Shown: piece after piece, positions 49,543 to 59,492 of the stretch
Layout of the letters: each line of letters opens with the position of its first letter
Numbering within the stretch: the first letter of the stretch is position 1
Source of the DNA: Bacteroidales bacterium
GTDB lineage: Bacteria > Bacteroidota > Bacteroidia > Bacteroidales > UBA11471
Direction: 5' to 3'
DNA: 64,000 bases
Assembly: GCA_045606385.1 (NCBI GenBank)
Contig: JAZURX010000022.1
Location: forward strand, 11,112-75,111
Made by a program: the position numbers and the translations under genes
The notes under the pieces: generated by a model
The model's database searches: none
The model's input: the letters and a program-made list of their open reading frames with translations, nothing else
What the model was told of the DNA's origin: nothing

Positions 49543-51051
49543 ATGAAAAAGTTACATATATATATACTTACGATTCTCCTCTCTTTCTCGGCTTTCTCAT
49601 GCCAAGATTGGATGAATGTCGATCCTGCCGGCGTGCAGACTACCACCACTTATTGGCAGACCAAGGGTGAGGTAGAGGCTGTGCTCGGTAAAGGATATTT
49701 GAATTTGCGCGGTGCTATCGAACAGATTATTTATTGGGGCGAAACCCGCGGCAATGAACTGATGATAGCTGACGGCTCTGCGCTCTCTATCCGCAACGGA
49801 GATATACTCCCTACCAATACATGGAACAATTGGGAAAAAATGTACGCCGTAATCGGTATGGCCAACTCGGTTATAAAATATGCTCCCGAGGTATCGGAAA
49901 AAGACGCATCGTTCAATGATGGAGAGATGCGTTCGACCGTGGCCGAGGCTCATTTCTTGCGTGGACTTTGCTACTTGTATCTCGTACGTACATTCAAAGA
50001 TGTGCCTTACATCACCGAACCCTATGTAACCGACGATGCCGAGTTCCAATTGCCCGTAACCGATGGCTATCAAATCTTACGTAGTGAGATTGCTGCCATA
50101 TCTCCTTATATCGACTACGCCAAGGAATTTTTCCCCGATGTAGTCGATACCAAGGGTCGTGCGACACGTTGGGCTCTTTATGCTCTCATAGCCGATATGA
50201 ACCTCTGGATAGGTGACTACGAAGCTTGTGTTACTGCTTGTAATAATGTTATAGAGTCAAATCGTGTAGGTCTTATCTCGGGCGGAAGTTGGTTTACCAA
50301 TTTTTATCCCGGAAACAGCAATGAGAGTATTTTCGAAATACAATACTCTAATGCTCTTTCGCAGACCAATTCTTTCAAATCTTGGTTTGGAGCTTCGCAA
50401 TCGGGTGCAGCGATTACATTTAGTCGTTATGCGACCAATTTCAATGTGCCTTTCAGAATATTTACCTCATGGATAGATGATGCGGATGTCCGTGGCGAAG
50501 GTGCTTCGTATGGTAGTTCTGCCACGAAAGTATCCAATTATACCGTGTGGAAATATTATGGAATGGATTGCCAAAATACCGAGCGTGGAGACTTGGACAA
50601 TGATCAAAATTGGATTATTTATCGATTGGCCGAGATATATCTCATGAAAGCCGATGCGCTTGCTATGCAGGGCGACTATGCCGGTGCTATTGACGCTCTC
50701 AATATGGTACGTACCCGTGGTGGTAGTACTGCTCTCGATGCATTACAATATACCGATGAGTACAATACCGTAATGGCTGTATATAATGAAAGTTGTGTAG
50801 AATTGTTTGCTGAAGGTAAGCAGTGGTTCAATATGTTGCGTATCGGGTTACGTTACGAGAAAGATACCCGTTACAAAGATTTCCTTATCAATGAGGCTAC
50901 AACACAACTCTCGGCAATCTCTGCGGCTCTTGTTCGTTCAAAAATGAATCGTTATATACCCTATTCTTGGTACCTGCCGATCTATAATGCCGAGCTTGAA
51001 GCAAATACGAAATTGGTACAAAATCCGGCATATGCCAACTTTGGAAATTAA
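49543..51051 (+). CDS. SusD/RagB family glycan-binding lipoprotein
   Basis: AFS-C lipobox, AEAHFLRGLCYLYLVRTFKDVP, YRLAEIYLMKADA, ELFAEGKQWF and LVQNPAY. Confidence 0.94.
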   Translation: MKKLHIYILTILLSFSAFSCQDWMNVDPAGVQTTTTYWQTKGEVEAVLGKGYLNLRGAIEQIIYWGETRGNELMIADGSALSIRNGDILPTNTWNNWEKMYAVIGMANSVIKYAPEVSEKDASFNDGEMRSTVAEAHFLRGLCYLYLVRTFKDVPYITEPYVTDDAEFQLPVTDGYQILRSEIAAISPYIDYAKEFFPDVVDTKGRATRWALYALIADMNLWIGDYEACVTACNNVIESNRVGLISGGSWFTNFYPGNSNESIFEIQYSNALSQTNSFKSWFGASQSGAAITFSRYATNFNVPFRIFTSWIDDADVRGEGASYGSSATKVSNYTVWKYYGMDCQNTERGDLDNDQNWIIYRLAEIYLMKADALAMQGDYAGAIDALNMVRTRGGSTALDALQYTDEYNTVMAVYNESCVELFAEGKQWFNMLRIGLRYEKDTRYKDFLINEATTQLSAISAALVRSKMNRYIPYSWYLPIYNAELEANTKLVQNPAYANFGN

Positions 51052-51071
51052 TCTCGAAAAAGTAATATTCT

Positions 51072-52670
51072 ATGAAACATAAAATTTTATATCTGTTCGT
51101 AGCCGTGGCAATGCTTTCAGCATGTGGCGATGACTTGGAAAATCAGAATTTTACGATTTCCGAGGAACTGCCGGTTTCCACTTGGCTCAGCGAGAATGGC
51201 TATACCTCCTGGGCGAGCATTCTCGAATATACCGGTCTATATAGTACTATCAATCTCGATGCCGGTAACTATACTGTTTTTGCTCCCGACAATGATGCTG
51301 TGAGCAAATTCCTTGCCGATAATCAGTATAATTCTATACAAGACATCGACAAAGATTACGCCACTTTGTTGGTAAAATATCATACCATTGCAGGTAAACA
51401 ATATTCGCAAGTCGATTTTGCCAATGACGTGTTGCCCGATACTACTGCTACCGGCGACCGCCTTACCGTTACTTTCGACGATATGGGTGAATATTATGTA
51501 AATGCATCTGCCCGCATTTCGCATTTCGATATTCAAGCCACCAATGGTATGCTCTTCATTATCGATGAAGTACTCGTTCCTATTACCGAGTATATCTACG
51601 ACAATGTGTCGGCCAATACCGAATGGTCTCTCTTCAACGAATTGCTTGCCGTAACCGGTACCGATTCTCTTATTATGAAACCCAAATTCGGTCGTGCTGC
51701 CAACTATACGCTCTTCGTTGTGCCCAACAGTGTATATGCGGCAAATGGAATCGACAATATTACGGCCTTGGCCGATAGTCTCGATGCCGGTAACGATCGT
51801 ACTGCTTGGAAAACGGTTGCGAATCCTATGTATCGTTACGCTGCCTATCACTTTGTATCTACTGTCTATTCTACTGCCGATATGGCTGTCGAAGATGTGA
51901 AAACCGTGGAGACAAAGGCCGAGGCATCGTTTATAGAGTTCCAAGAAGTTGATGGCGTTTCTTATGTCAATTATGACAAGTCATCAGCAGTCGGAGCCGA
52001 AATATCTGAAGGTAATATTACAGCCAAAAATGGCGTAATACATGTTATAACTACACCTCTTTACATCAAGGCTCCTTCGAAAGCTCCATCTATTACATGG
52101 GATCTTTGCGACTATGATGTATTGGCTCGTAATATCGATGATTATCGTCTTACATCACTCTCTTATACCAAGTATATCGGTCTGAGTGGCTATAAAGAAC
52201 AATATGGAGATAATTTCTGCTATAATTGGGAAAGCGTTATGGGTGGTAGTGTATATTACGAAGTTGCCGCTTCGACCGACTCTATCCGCAAAAATTTCCG
52301 TTACAACGATGCTTTGAATATAGACCTTGGACAATATGGTTGGGTAGAGATGGAAACTCCTACCATTATGGCCGATAGTACTCTCTACTATGTAGGTATT
52401 GCTCACTACAACTCTTATGCCAATGAACCGGGCAATTACATTACCGTATACATAGATGGAGAAATGATAGGACAGATGCCGACATGTGGTAATAGTACTA
52501 CTGTATCGACCGTGGAAAAACCGTCGGTCAACACGTCGAAACCTGCCGAAAATAAACATGTCGTTGGTTCGGTTACTTTTGCAACTACCGGCAAGCACAT
52601 TGTTCGCATAGAAGATAACAACGGTGCCAACCTCGAAATCGATTATATATTGTTCACTCCTAAAAACTAA
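51072..52670 (+). CDS. Fasciclin-domain lipoprotein with C-terminal beta-sandwich domain
   Basis: LSA-C-GDD; YTVFAPDNDA/NGMLFIIDEVL and YTLFVVPN/NGVIHVITTPL; C-terminal GKHIVRI..LEIDYILFTP. Confidence 0.82.
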   Translation: MKHKILYLFVAVAMLSACGDDLENQNFTISEELPVSTWLSENGYTSWASILEYTGLYSTINLDAGNYTVFAPDNDAVSKFLADNQYNSIQDIDKDYATLLVKYHTIAGKQYSQVDFANDVLPDTTATGDRLTVTFDDMGEYYVNASARISHFDIQATNGMLFIIDEVLVPITEYIYDNVSANTEWSLFNELLAVTGTDSLIMKPKFGRAANYTLFVVPNSVYAANGIDNITALADSLDAGNDRTAWKTVANPMYRYAAYHFVSTVYSTADMAVEDVKTVETKAEASFIEFQEVDGVSYVNYDKSSAVGAEISEGNITAKNGVIHVITTPLYIKAPSKAPSITWDLCDYDVLARNIDDYRLTSLSYTKYIGLSGYKEQYGDNFCYNWESVMGGSVYYEVAASTDSIRKNFRYNDALNIDLGQYGWVEMETPTIMADSTLYYVGIAHYNSYANEPGNYITVYIDGEMIGQMPTCGNSTTVSTVEKPSVNTSKPAENKHVVGSVTFATTGKHIVRIEDNNGANLEIDYILFTPKN

Positions 52671-52676
52671 TGTACG

Positions 52677-54506
52677 ATGAAGAAAACAGCATTTTTCCTT
52701 ATACTCGCCGTTTGCTGCTTTGTGGCTTGCAACGACAATTGGGACGATTACTATGAAGCTTCGTCTCAGTCAGGGAGTGTCGATTCGACAACCGCTACGA
52801 CCGTGCTCGATATGTCGATAGCGCAATTCTTCGAAGAATATGAGGAATACTCCGATTTTTATACCCAACTCAATGAAGTGGGAACGACTGAGTCGCTCAA
52901 TGCCGATCAAGAGTTGACTCTTTGGGTAGTGAATGATAGCGTGTTGAAGGTTGCTAAAGAAGCGTATGCCAGCGATAGCTTATTTGCAACCGATACAGCC
53001 CGATTCAAATATCATGTAAACTATCTCTCTATAAATCGTAATCAACTCAAAAACGGCGCCCGTCTCAAAACTTTGAATGGAATCTATATTCAGATTACCA
53101 TTGCTGAAGATGGTACGGTATATGCCAACGATTCTAAGCTTATAGAGACTTTCCGTCTCAACGATGGTGTGGTGCATGTAATCGATGCCATGATGGTTCC
53201 CCGACTCAATCTATACACCTATATTGAGCAATTGAGCGATGACTACTCTATGTTCCGCGACTCGATTATGGCCTATAGCGAGAAGGTGTTTGATGCATCT
53301 AAGTCGACACCTCTTGGAGTGGATAAGACCGGTAATACCATTTACGACTCGGTATTCATTATCTACAATCCTATGTTTGATACTGTTCAATTCGACTCGG
53401 AATTCCAACAATTTACATGTTTTGTGCCCAGCGACTCGGTGATGATAGATTGTTTCGATAAACTCAATGAGACCTATCGGGCTATCGGTCGCCCTTATCT
53501 TGGTGTTAAAGAATCTGTAAATAAATTTAGTGAAAACGATACATTCCCATATCTTGGGCAGAAAGATATCGAATTGGCTGTGAACTGGGTAAAACGTGCT
53601 GCATTCTATAGCGGTACTTTGTCTGCGGCTGATGCTACTGCTGCCGATGTATATTCGGCGTATGCTCACCAATGGAAAAACTATGATCAAGCCGGAAATG
53701 AGGTACAAGTAATTGATGCCGAAAATCCCGAAGAATTGTCGAATGGCCGTGTATATTTTGTTAAAGACCTTAAAATTCCGACCAATGTGGTGATTACTCG
53801 TTTGAAACAATATCTCTTCCACTACGAAAAGATTTCGGCTCCCGAGATGTTGGCAAAATATTTCTGTATCAAGGGGGCTACCCGTACCACTATTTCAGAT
53901 GATGCCACCATACCTGCACCTGCAGTAAATGCGGGCGATTGGACATCACCGGCATGGGCTGAGTATTCATACACCTATTTCCATACCAACGAAGATAATG
54001 AACCGGTATATACCTATTTGCGCTCGATAAGCGATGATACCCAAGAAGGAGATTTCTCTGTGTCGTTCTCGCCCATTACTCCCGACTCGTGGAACAGCGT
54101 AGTAGAGTATAAAATCCCTGCCGGTGAGTATACTTTATATATGGGATTCCGTGCAAAAGGTATGTGTACCGGTAACATTTGGTTTGCTACTGCCGATACA
54201 CAAAGCGGAGACCTTGAATTGCAAGAAGATGGAGATGTAAAACTCGTTTCGGGTTATAAGCTTATTGCAACAAATATCGACTTTACAGCGGCTACTCCTT
54301 GGAACTTTGACCGTGCCGAGGGTGGTGAAATGACGCAATATTCAAGTGGTAAAAACCGTTGGAACTCCAATGGCGGTAAAGTAGGTACTGTACTTGTTGA
54401 AGGTGAAGGAATGCAATCGGTACGTATCAAAGTACAATATGTATCGGGTGAAAAAGCTCTCTATCCCTATCACTGGTGTCTCATTCCTACTGAGAATAAT
54501 TATTGA
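52677..54506 (+). CDS. Fasciclin-like domain lipoprotein
   Basis: FVA-C-NDNWDD; LTLWVVND/DGVVHVIDAMM and FTCFVPSD/NGRVYFV; beta-rich C-terminal domain (IPAGEYTLYMGF). Confidence 0.78.
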   Translation: MKKTAFFLILAVCCFVACNDNWDDYYEASSQSGSVDSTTATTVLDMSIAQFFEEYEEYSDFYTQLNEVGTTESLNADQELTLWVVNDSVLKVAKEAYASDSLFATDTARFKYHVNYLSINRNQLKNGARLKTLNGIYIQITIAEDGTVYANDSKLIETFRLNDGVVHVIDAMMVPRLNLYTYIEQLSDDYSMFRDSIMAYSEKVFDASKSTPLGVDKTGNTIYDSVFIIYNPMFDTVQFDSEFQQFTCFVPSDSVMIDCFDKLNETYRAIGRPYLGVKESVNKFSENDTFPYLGQKDIELAVNWVKRAAFYSGTLSAADATAADVYSAYAHQWKNYDQAGNEVQVIDAENPEELSNGRVYFVKDLKIPTNVVITRLKQYLFHYEKISAPEMLAKYFCIKGATRTTISDDATIPAPAVNAGDWTSPAWAEYSYTYFHTNEDNEPVYTYLRSISDDTQEGDFSVSFSPITPDSWNSVVEYKIPAGEYTLYMGFRAKGMCTGNIWFATADTQSGDLELQEDGDVKLVSGYKLIATNIDFTAATPWNFDRAEGGEMTQYSSGKNRWNSNGGKVGTVLVEGEGMQSVRIKVQYVSGEKALYPYHWCLIPTENNY

Positions 54507-54526
54507 TATCAAACACACAATACGAT

Positions 54527-57500
54527 ATGAAAAAACTTAGAAACATATTTCTGCTCCTGCTGATTGCTTTGATGTCCATGCCCGTAATGGCTCAAGGTTC
54601 ATATAAGATCACAGGTAGGGTGGTAGACCCCTATAATGGTGCTCCCATCGAAGGTGCGGTCGTATCGGCTACCGGCTTGAAACAATCGGTCGAAACCGAT
54701 GCAAACGGTATCTTTACTGCCGAACTCCAAAACCTGAAAGGCGAACTTAAAGTTTGGTATCCCGGTTTCTACACCAAAGTAGTGCCTGTTACCGGTCGTA
54801 CCGACTTCCACATTATCCTTATCCCCGAAGATAAGTACGGATATATCGATGTCGTTACAACTCCGGTGGTATCTACACCTTCTCAAGATAAGGCTACAAA
54901 CACATATACCCGTCAAAATAAAGATTTTACGCTATCTACAGTCGATGTGGAAAAAACGTTTACCAACATTCCCGGTCTCTATGTTGCCGAGAAGAGCGGT
55001 ATGCCCGGTGAAGGTGCTTATTTCCAATTACGTGGTAATCGCACTTTTGCTTCGGCTTCCACTCCGCTTATTATCGTCAATGGACAACCTTTCTTTGGCG
55101 ATGTGAACACCTCGGGTGTTATTAACGGATATTCTACAGGAATGTTCAGCGGTCTCAGCGCTCAAGACATAGCCAGTGTATCGGTGTTGAAAGGTGCCGA
55201 TGCTGCCATGTATGGCACACTTGCCGGTAATGGTGTTATAGCGATTGAAACCGAACGTGCCATCGACCTCGATACCAAAGTAGAGTTTATCGGACAATAT
55301 GGCGTTGATCTCAATCAATCGACACTCCCCGTGTTGAATGTTACCGACTATAAAAAATATGTATCGGCTATAGGTCTTACCGATGGCGCTTATGAAGATA
55401 TGGACGATCTGCTTACTGCTTTCCCCTATCTCTCACAAGATCCTTCGTCGTATGTTAATCCGTATCTTTACAACAATAATACCGATTGGCAAGACGAAAT
55501 CTATGCTCCCGGTTTTGTGACCGATAATACCTTAAAAATAAAAGGTGGTGATGCTATCGCCAAATATGACCTCTCGATAGGTTATAAGCGCAAAGGCGGA
55601 CAAGTGGAGAATACCAATTTCAATCGCTACTATGCTCGTTTGAATTCCGACATCAACCTTACACGTAATTTGGTATTTACCTCGGCTCTCTCTATGGCAT
55701 ATACCAATAGTAATTTGCAAGAGCAAGGTATGTCGGCCGAAACCAACCCGTTATTGGCTGCTATTAAAAAAGCTCCGCTTTATTCTCCTTTCGAGAAGGA
55801 TGCCAACAACAATCTCTTGCCCGACTATGCGGCTATACGCGATGCCAATGGCGATGTATTGGTGAACAACGCCGTTTCAAATCCCAAAGCCATCGTAAAT
55901 ACAGTAAAAGGTAAAAACACCATTTATGATATACAAGCTCTTTTCGGACTCAATGGCAAAATAGGTAGTCATTGGACTTTGGGCGCGAATGCAGGTCTCT
56001 ACTATTACAAAAGACACGAACAATTGTTCGTTCCCGGTGCTACCAACAAGACAATTATGCCATTGCAAAACGGATTGGCTGAAAATACGTCGCGTACAGG
56101 AGAAACCGAGTTGTTCAACCTCTATTTCTCTGCTCGTTCCACATTCGATTATATGATTGATGGCGTGCATAATATTAATGGTTCTATTGGTGCACAAACC
56201 ACTATCAACCAATCGGAGTATGACCAAGCACAAGGTATCAATGCAGAAAGTGACTATTATTACTTGCTCGGTTCTACCAATAGCAATATAGGTCGTGTTA
56301 TTAATGGTTATGCCGACTCTTACACATGGGCCAATATCAATGCTAACGTGAACTACGTTTACAACCACTTGGTAGGTGTGGGTCTTACCATGGCTGCCGA
56401 CTACGCCTCGTCATTCGGTAACGATGCTCCTTCTATGGCTGTATTCCCCTCGGTGAATGCTGCACTCTATATGAAAAATCTTCCCGGAGTGAACGATGTT
56501 GATTTCCTCAACCAACTCACGCTCCGTGCCGAATATGTTACTACCGGTAACAGCCGATTCTCTTCAAGTCTTAGTAAATATGCATATGCACAATCAAACT
56601 TCCGTACACTTTCGGGTCTTGTGCGTGCCGGCGTTGCCAACACCAAACTGAAATGGGAAACCGATCGAACATTTGATGTAGGTCTCGATATTTCGATGTG
56701 GAACAACCGTATTGATGCAGGTATCGACTATTACAATGGCACCACAAGCGATGTAATTATGTTACGTAACATCTCATCTCTCTTTGGTACCAGCACTATG
56801 TACGATAATATCGGAACATTGAAGAATCAAGGTGTAGAGCTATCGTTCCAAATTGCTCCGGTGTATACCAAGGATTTCAAATGGTATGTAGGCGCTACCT
56901 TTGCTCATAACCGCAATCGTCTCCATTCGCTCGACGGTAACAGTAACATTATTACCGAATTTGCTGATGGCTCGGCTATTATTTCCGAGGTGGGACAGCC
57001 TCTCTATAGCTTCTATGGATATGAGACTGCAGGTGTATTCTCTACAGATGAAGAGGCTGCTGCTGCCGGACTTACTACTCCCGGTGGTGTGGCTTTCGGC
57101 GCAGGAGATGTGCATTTTGTCGATCAAGATAATAACAAAATCATTGATGAGAAAGACCGTGTAAATCTTGGTAATGCCGACCCGAAATTCTTTGGTAACT
57201 TCTATACTACATTACGTTACAAAGGGTTTGAACTTTCGCTTACTTTCGGATATAGTAAAGGCAATAGCGCATACAATGCTACCCGTCGTTTTGGTGAAAG
57301 CATGAGCGACTATGGTAATCAACTCGCTTCGACCAACCGCCGTTGGCAAAGCAATGGCGATGTGACAACCATGCCTAAAGCTGTATATGGCGACCCGATG
57401 AACAATAATCGTTTCTCCGATCGTTGGATCGAAGATGCTTCATTCCTCAAACTTAAAGAAATTTACGTAAGTTACAAGTTTAATTTCTTGCGTGGAACAA

Positions 57501-57658
57501 CCATCTTTGCCTCGGCCGAGAATGTATTTACTGCTACCAAATATTTGGGTCTCGATCCCGAATCAACTTATTCTTACGACTCATCGTTGCGCGGATTCGA
57601 CTATGCAAAAGTCGCTCTTCCTCGTTCGTTCAAAGTCGGTGTTAAGCTCGAATTCTAA
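54527..57658 (+). CDS. Second SusC/RagA family TonB-dependent transporter
   Basis: GRVVDPYNGAPIEGA, plug DIASVSVLKGADAAMYG..GNGVIAIET, LKWET, SDRWIEDASFLK and C-terminal Phe. Start moved to ATG 54527. Confidence 0.95.
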   Translation: MKKLRNIFLLLLIALMSMPVMAQGSYKITGRVVDPYNGAPIEGAVVSATGLKQSVETDANGIFTAELQNLKGELKVWYPGFYTKVVPVTGRTDFHIILIPEDKYGYIDVVTTPVVSTPSQDKATNTYTRQNKDFTLSTVDVEKTFTNIPGLYVAEKSGMPGEGAYFQLRGNRTFASASTPLIIVNGQPFFGDVNTSGVINGYSTGMFSGLSAQDIASVSVLKGADAAMYGTLAGNGVIAIETERAIDLDTKVEFIGQYGVDLNQSTLPVLNVTDYKKYVSAIGLTDGAYEDMDDLLTAFPYLSQDPSSYVNPYLYNNNTDWQDEIYAPGFVTDNTLKIKGGDAIAKYDLSIGYKRKGGQVENTNFNRYYARLNSDINLTRNLVFTSALSMAYTNSNLQEQGMSAETNPLLAAIKKAPLYSPFEKDANNNLLPDYAAIRDANGDVLVNNAVSNPKAIVNTVKGKNTIYDIQALFGLNGKIGSHWTLGANAGLYYYKRHEQLFVPGATNKTIMPLQNGLAENTSRTGETELFNLYFSARSTFDYMIDGVHNINGSIGAQTTINQSEYDQAQGINAESDYYYLLGSTNSNIGRVINGYADSYTWANINANVNYVYNHLVGVGLTMAADYASSFGNDAPSMAVFPSVNAALYMKNLPGVNDVDFLNQLTLRAEYVTTGNSRFSSSLSKYAYAQSNFRTLSGLVRAGVANTKLKWETDRTFDVGLDISMWNNRIDAGIDYYNGTTSDVIMLRNISSLFGTSTMYDNIGTLKNQGVELSFQIAPVYTKDFKWYVGATFAHNRNRLHSLDGNSNIITEFADGSAIISEVGQPLYSFYGYETAGVFSTDEEAAAAGLTTPGGVAFGAGDVHFVDQDNNKIIDEKDRVNLGNADPKFFGNFYTTLRYKGFELSLTFGYSKGNSAYNATRRFGESMSDYGNQLASTNRRWQSNGDVTTMPKAVYGDPMNNNRFSDRWIEDASFLKLKEIYVSYKFNFLRGTTIFASAENVFTATKYLGLDPESTYSYDSSLRGFDYAKVALPRSFKVGVKLEF

Positions 57659-57677
57659 TCCAAAGGAGATATAGATT

Positions 57678-59405
57678 ATGAAAAATATATTTGAAAAATT
57701 TGCTGCCCTTTTTGTCGCTACCGCATTGTTGGTTTCGTGTTCAGACGATACCGTCGATGTTCTCGATGAAGGCGATTATGTAGGTGTCAATGCCGAACTT
57801 TATTCAGGCCTTTGGGGTATAGCCTCGTTGGTCGCAGATGTGGCCGATCAAGCTCCTATTCTCGAAGGTTTGCGCGGAGACCTTCTCGAACCTACCGAAA
57901 ATGCTCCCACCGATTTGTGGAACATATGGAAATATGGTGACTTAAATGGTAACGCTGTAGCCGACCCCGCAGGTTATTATCGTATCATTATGAACGTCAA
58001 TGACTATCTGAAACATGTCAATGACTATCGTAAGGACAATCCCACTTCGCTCGTATTTGAAGAAAAATATGGTGTGACTTTCGAACTTTATATGTCGACA
58101 GCTATTCGTTATAAAGTGTGGGCATATATGATGTTGGCTAAGATATATGGTGAGGCCGTTTATTTCGACGACCCGTTGGCAGAATATCAGGATATCAAAA
58201 ATTTCCCGGTTCTCGATTTCGACCAAACTTTAGACAAGTGTCTCGAACTTATGACTGTCGGTATGTATGGTGTCGATGGGCAGCAAGTTACGCGTTGGGC
58301 CAAATTCCTATTCCCCAGTATGACCGGTGAGAATGCTAATATTCAGCAGTTTGACCGTTATCAATTTACACCATGGATACTTTTATCGGAATTGTATCTT
58401 TGGAAAGGTAATTACCAACTTGCATACAACAATATTGTACAAGAGATAGCCAATAGTGGTTTCGTTTCGGGTGGAGAATGTTATATTTGCTGTTTGCGCG
58501 GTGCGTATAGTAGTGGTTGGAAGAGTGCCTTGCATACCTACTACCGCTGGGAAGACATCGTAATGGCGTCATATACTCCCCGTCAAGGACAAACCAACCG
58601 CCTCGAAGATTTTGCTTCAGATGTTCACCCCTATAGCTATTTCATACGTCCTACACAAGTTGCTATGGCTCGTTTCGATACAACAAGTGTGGCTTGTACC
58701 GAAAATGCAGTAAAAGCTGAACGCTATCGCGGACGTGGCGCGACATTTAAGGAATCCGAAGCCGGAAATCTTGTGCTCAACAAGTGGATTACCGGTATAG
58801 AGTTAGATGCTGCCACTGAACGTATTATAGCGTTGTATCGTGCTGGAGGTTTGCACCTTATGCTTTGTGAAGCTCTTGCCGGGCTTGCTCGTGAAACTTC
58901 CGATGAAGCAATGAGTAATGCTTATATCGAAGCCGCTTTGGTGATAATGAATCAAGGTATCGGTACCTATTGGAACACCGAAATCGGTGCATATCGTGTG
59001 GGCTCTTGTTTCGACATGATTTCCAATTTCCCAGTAAATCTTTATTGTGGAACAGATCATACCATGTCGAGTTCGCAATACATCAACAAAGGTGTGCGTG
59101 GTCGTGTAGCTATGGGTAATGTCGGTACCGATATTCTCTCAACTACCATGAATGCCGATTCTGTATTTGTTCCCGTTTACACTAAGGAAGAACAAATATG
59201 GAAACTCGACTCTCTCATTGCCGAAGAAAACTTCTTTGAACTTTCGGGTGAAGGACATGTTATGTTTAATATGTATCGTATGATGCGCCGTAACCCCGAA
59301 AATCGCAATTTCTTCGTAAAATGGGTTGCTGCCGGTCGTCCCGATGTTGAAGCCACACTGGCCGATGACAAAGGTTGGTTTATTGATTATGAACTTGGTA
59401 AGTAA
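57678..59405 (+). CDS. Second, divergent SusD/RagB family lipoprotein
   Basis: LVS-C-SDD; WAYMMLAKIYGEAVY, LYRAGGLHLMLCEAL and EENFFELSGEG; directly follows SusC. Confidence 0.82.
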   Translation: MKNIFEKFAALFVATALLVSCSDDTVDVLDEGDYVGVNAELYSGLWGIASLVADVADQAPILEGLRGDLLEPTENAPTDLWNIWKYGDLNGNAVADPAGYYRIIMNVNDYLKHVNDYRKDNPTSLVFEEKYGVTFELYMSTAIRYKVWAYMMLAKIYGEAVYFDDPLAEYQDIKNFPVLDFDQTLDKCLELMTVGMYGVDGQQVTRWAKFLFPSMTGENANIQQFDRYQFTPWILLSELYLWKGNYQLAYNNIVQEIANSGFVSGGECYICCLRGAYSSGWKSALHTYYRWEDIVMASYTPRQGQTNRLEDFASDVHPYSYFIRPTQVAMARFDTTSVACTENAVKAERYRGRGATFKESEAGNLVLNKWITGIELDAATERIIALYRAGGLHLMLCEALAGLARETSDEAMSNAYIEAALVIMNQGIGTYWNTEIGAYRVGSCFDMISNFPVNLYCGTDHTMSSSQYINKGVRGRVAMGNVGTDILSTTMNADSVFVPVYTKEEQIWKLDSLIAEENFFELSGEGHVMFNMYRMMRRNPENRNFFVKWVAAGRPDVEATLADDKGWFIDYELGK

Positions 59406-59428
59406 TATCGATAACCCATAAATATTTC

Positions 59429-59462
59429 AAGTGTCCGAAGTGGGCTTCCGCTTCGGACACTT
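59429..59462 (+). terminator. Strong stem-loop between susD2 and the DUF4450 gene
   Basis: AAGTGTCCGAAGTGG-GCTT-CCGCTTCGGACACTT, 15-bp stem with one G-U pair; weak U-tail. Confidence 0.7.
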
Positions 59463-59492
59463 ATGCTTTAGTACTATAATAAATATCGAACT

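Noticed and set aside
9143-54526. Longer ORF-track starts at 9143, 13359, 25382, 26377, 33653, 39851, 41587, 43721 and 54503
   Set aside because: Most extensions overlap promoters, terminators or the previous gene. Downstream ATGs give proper signal peptides or family N-termini.
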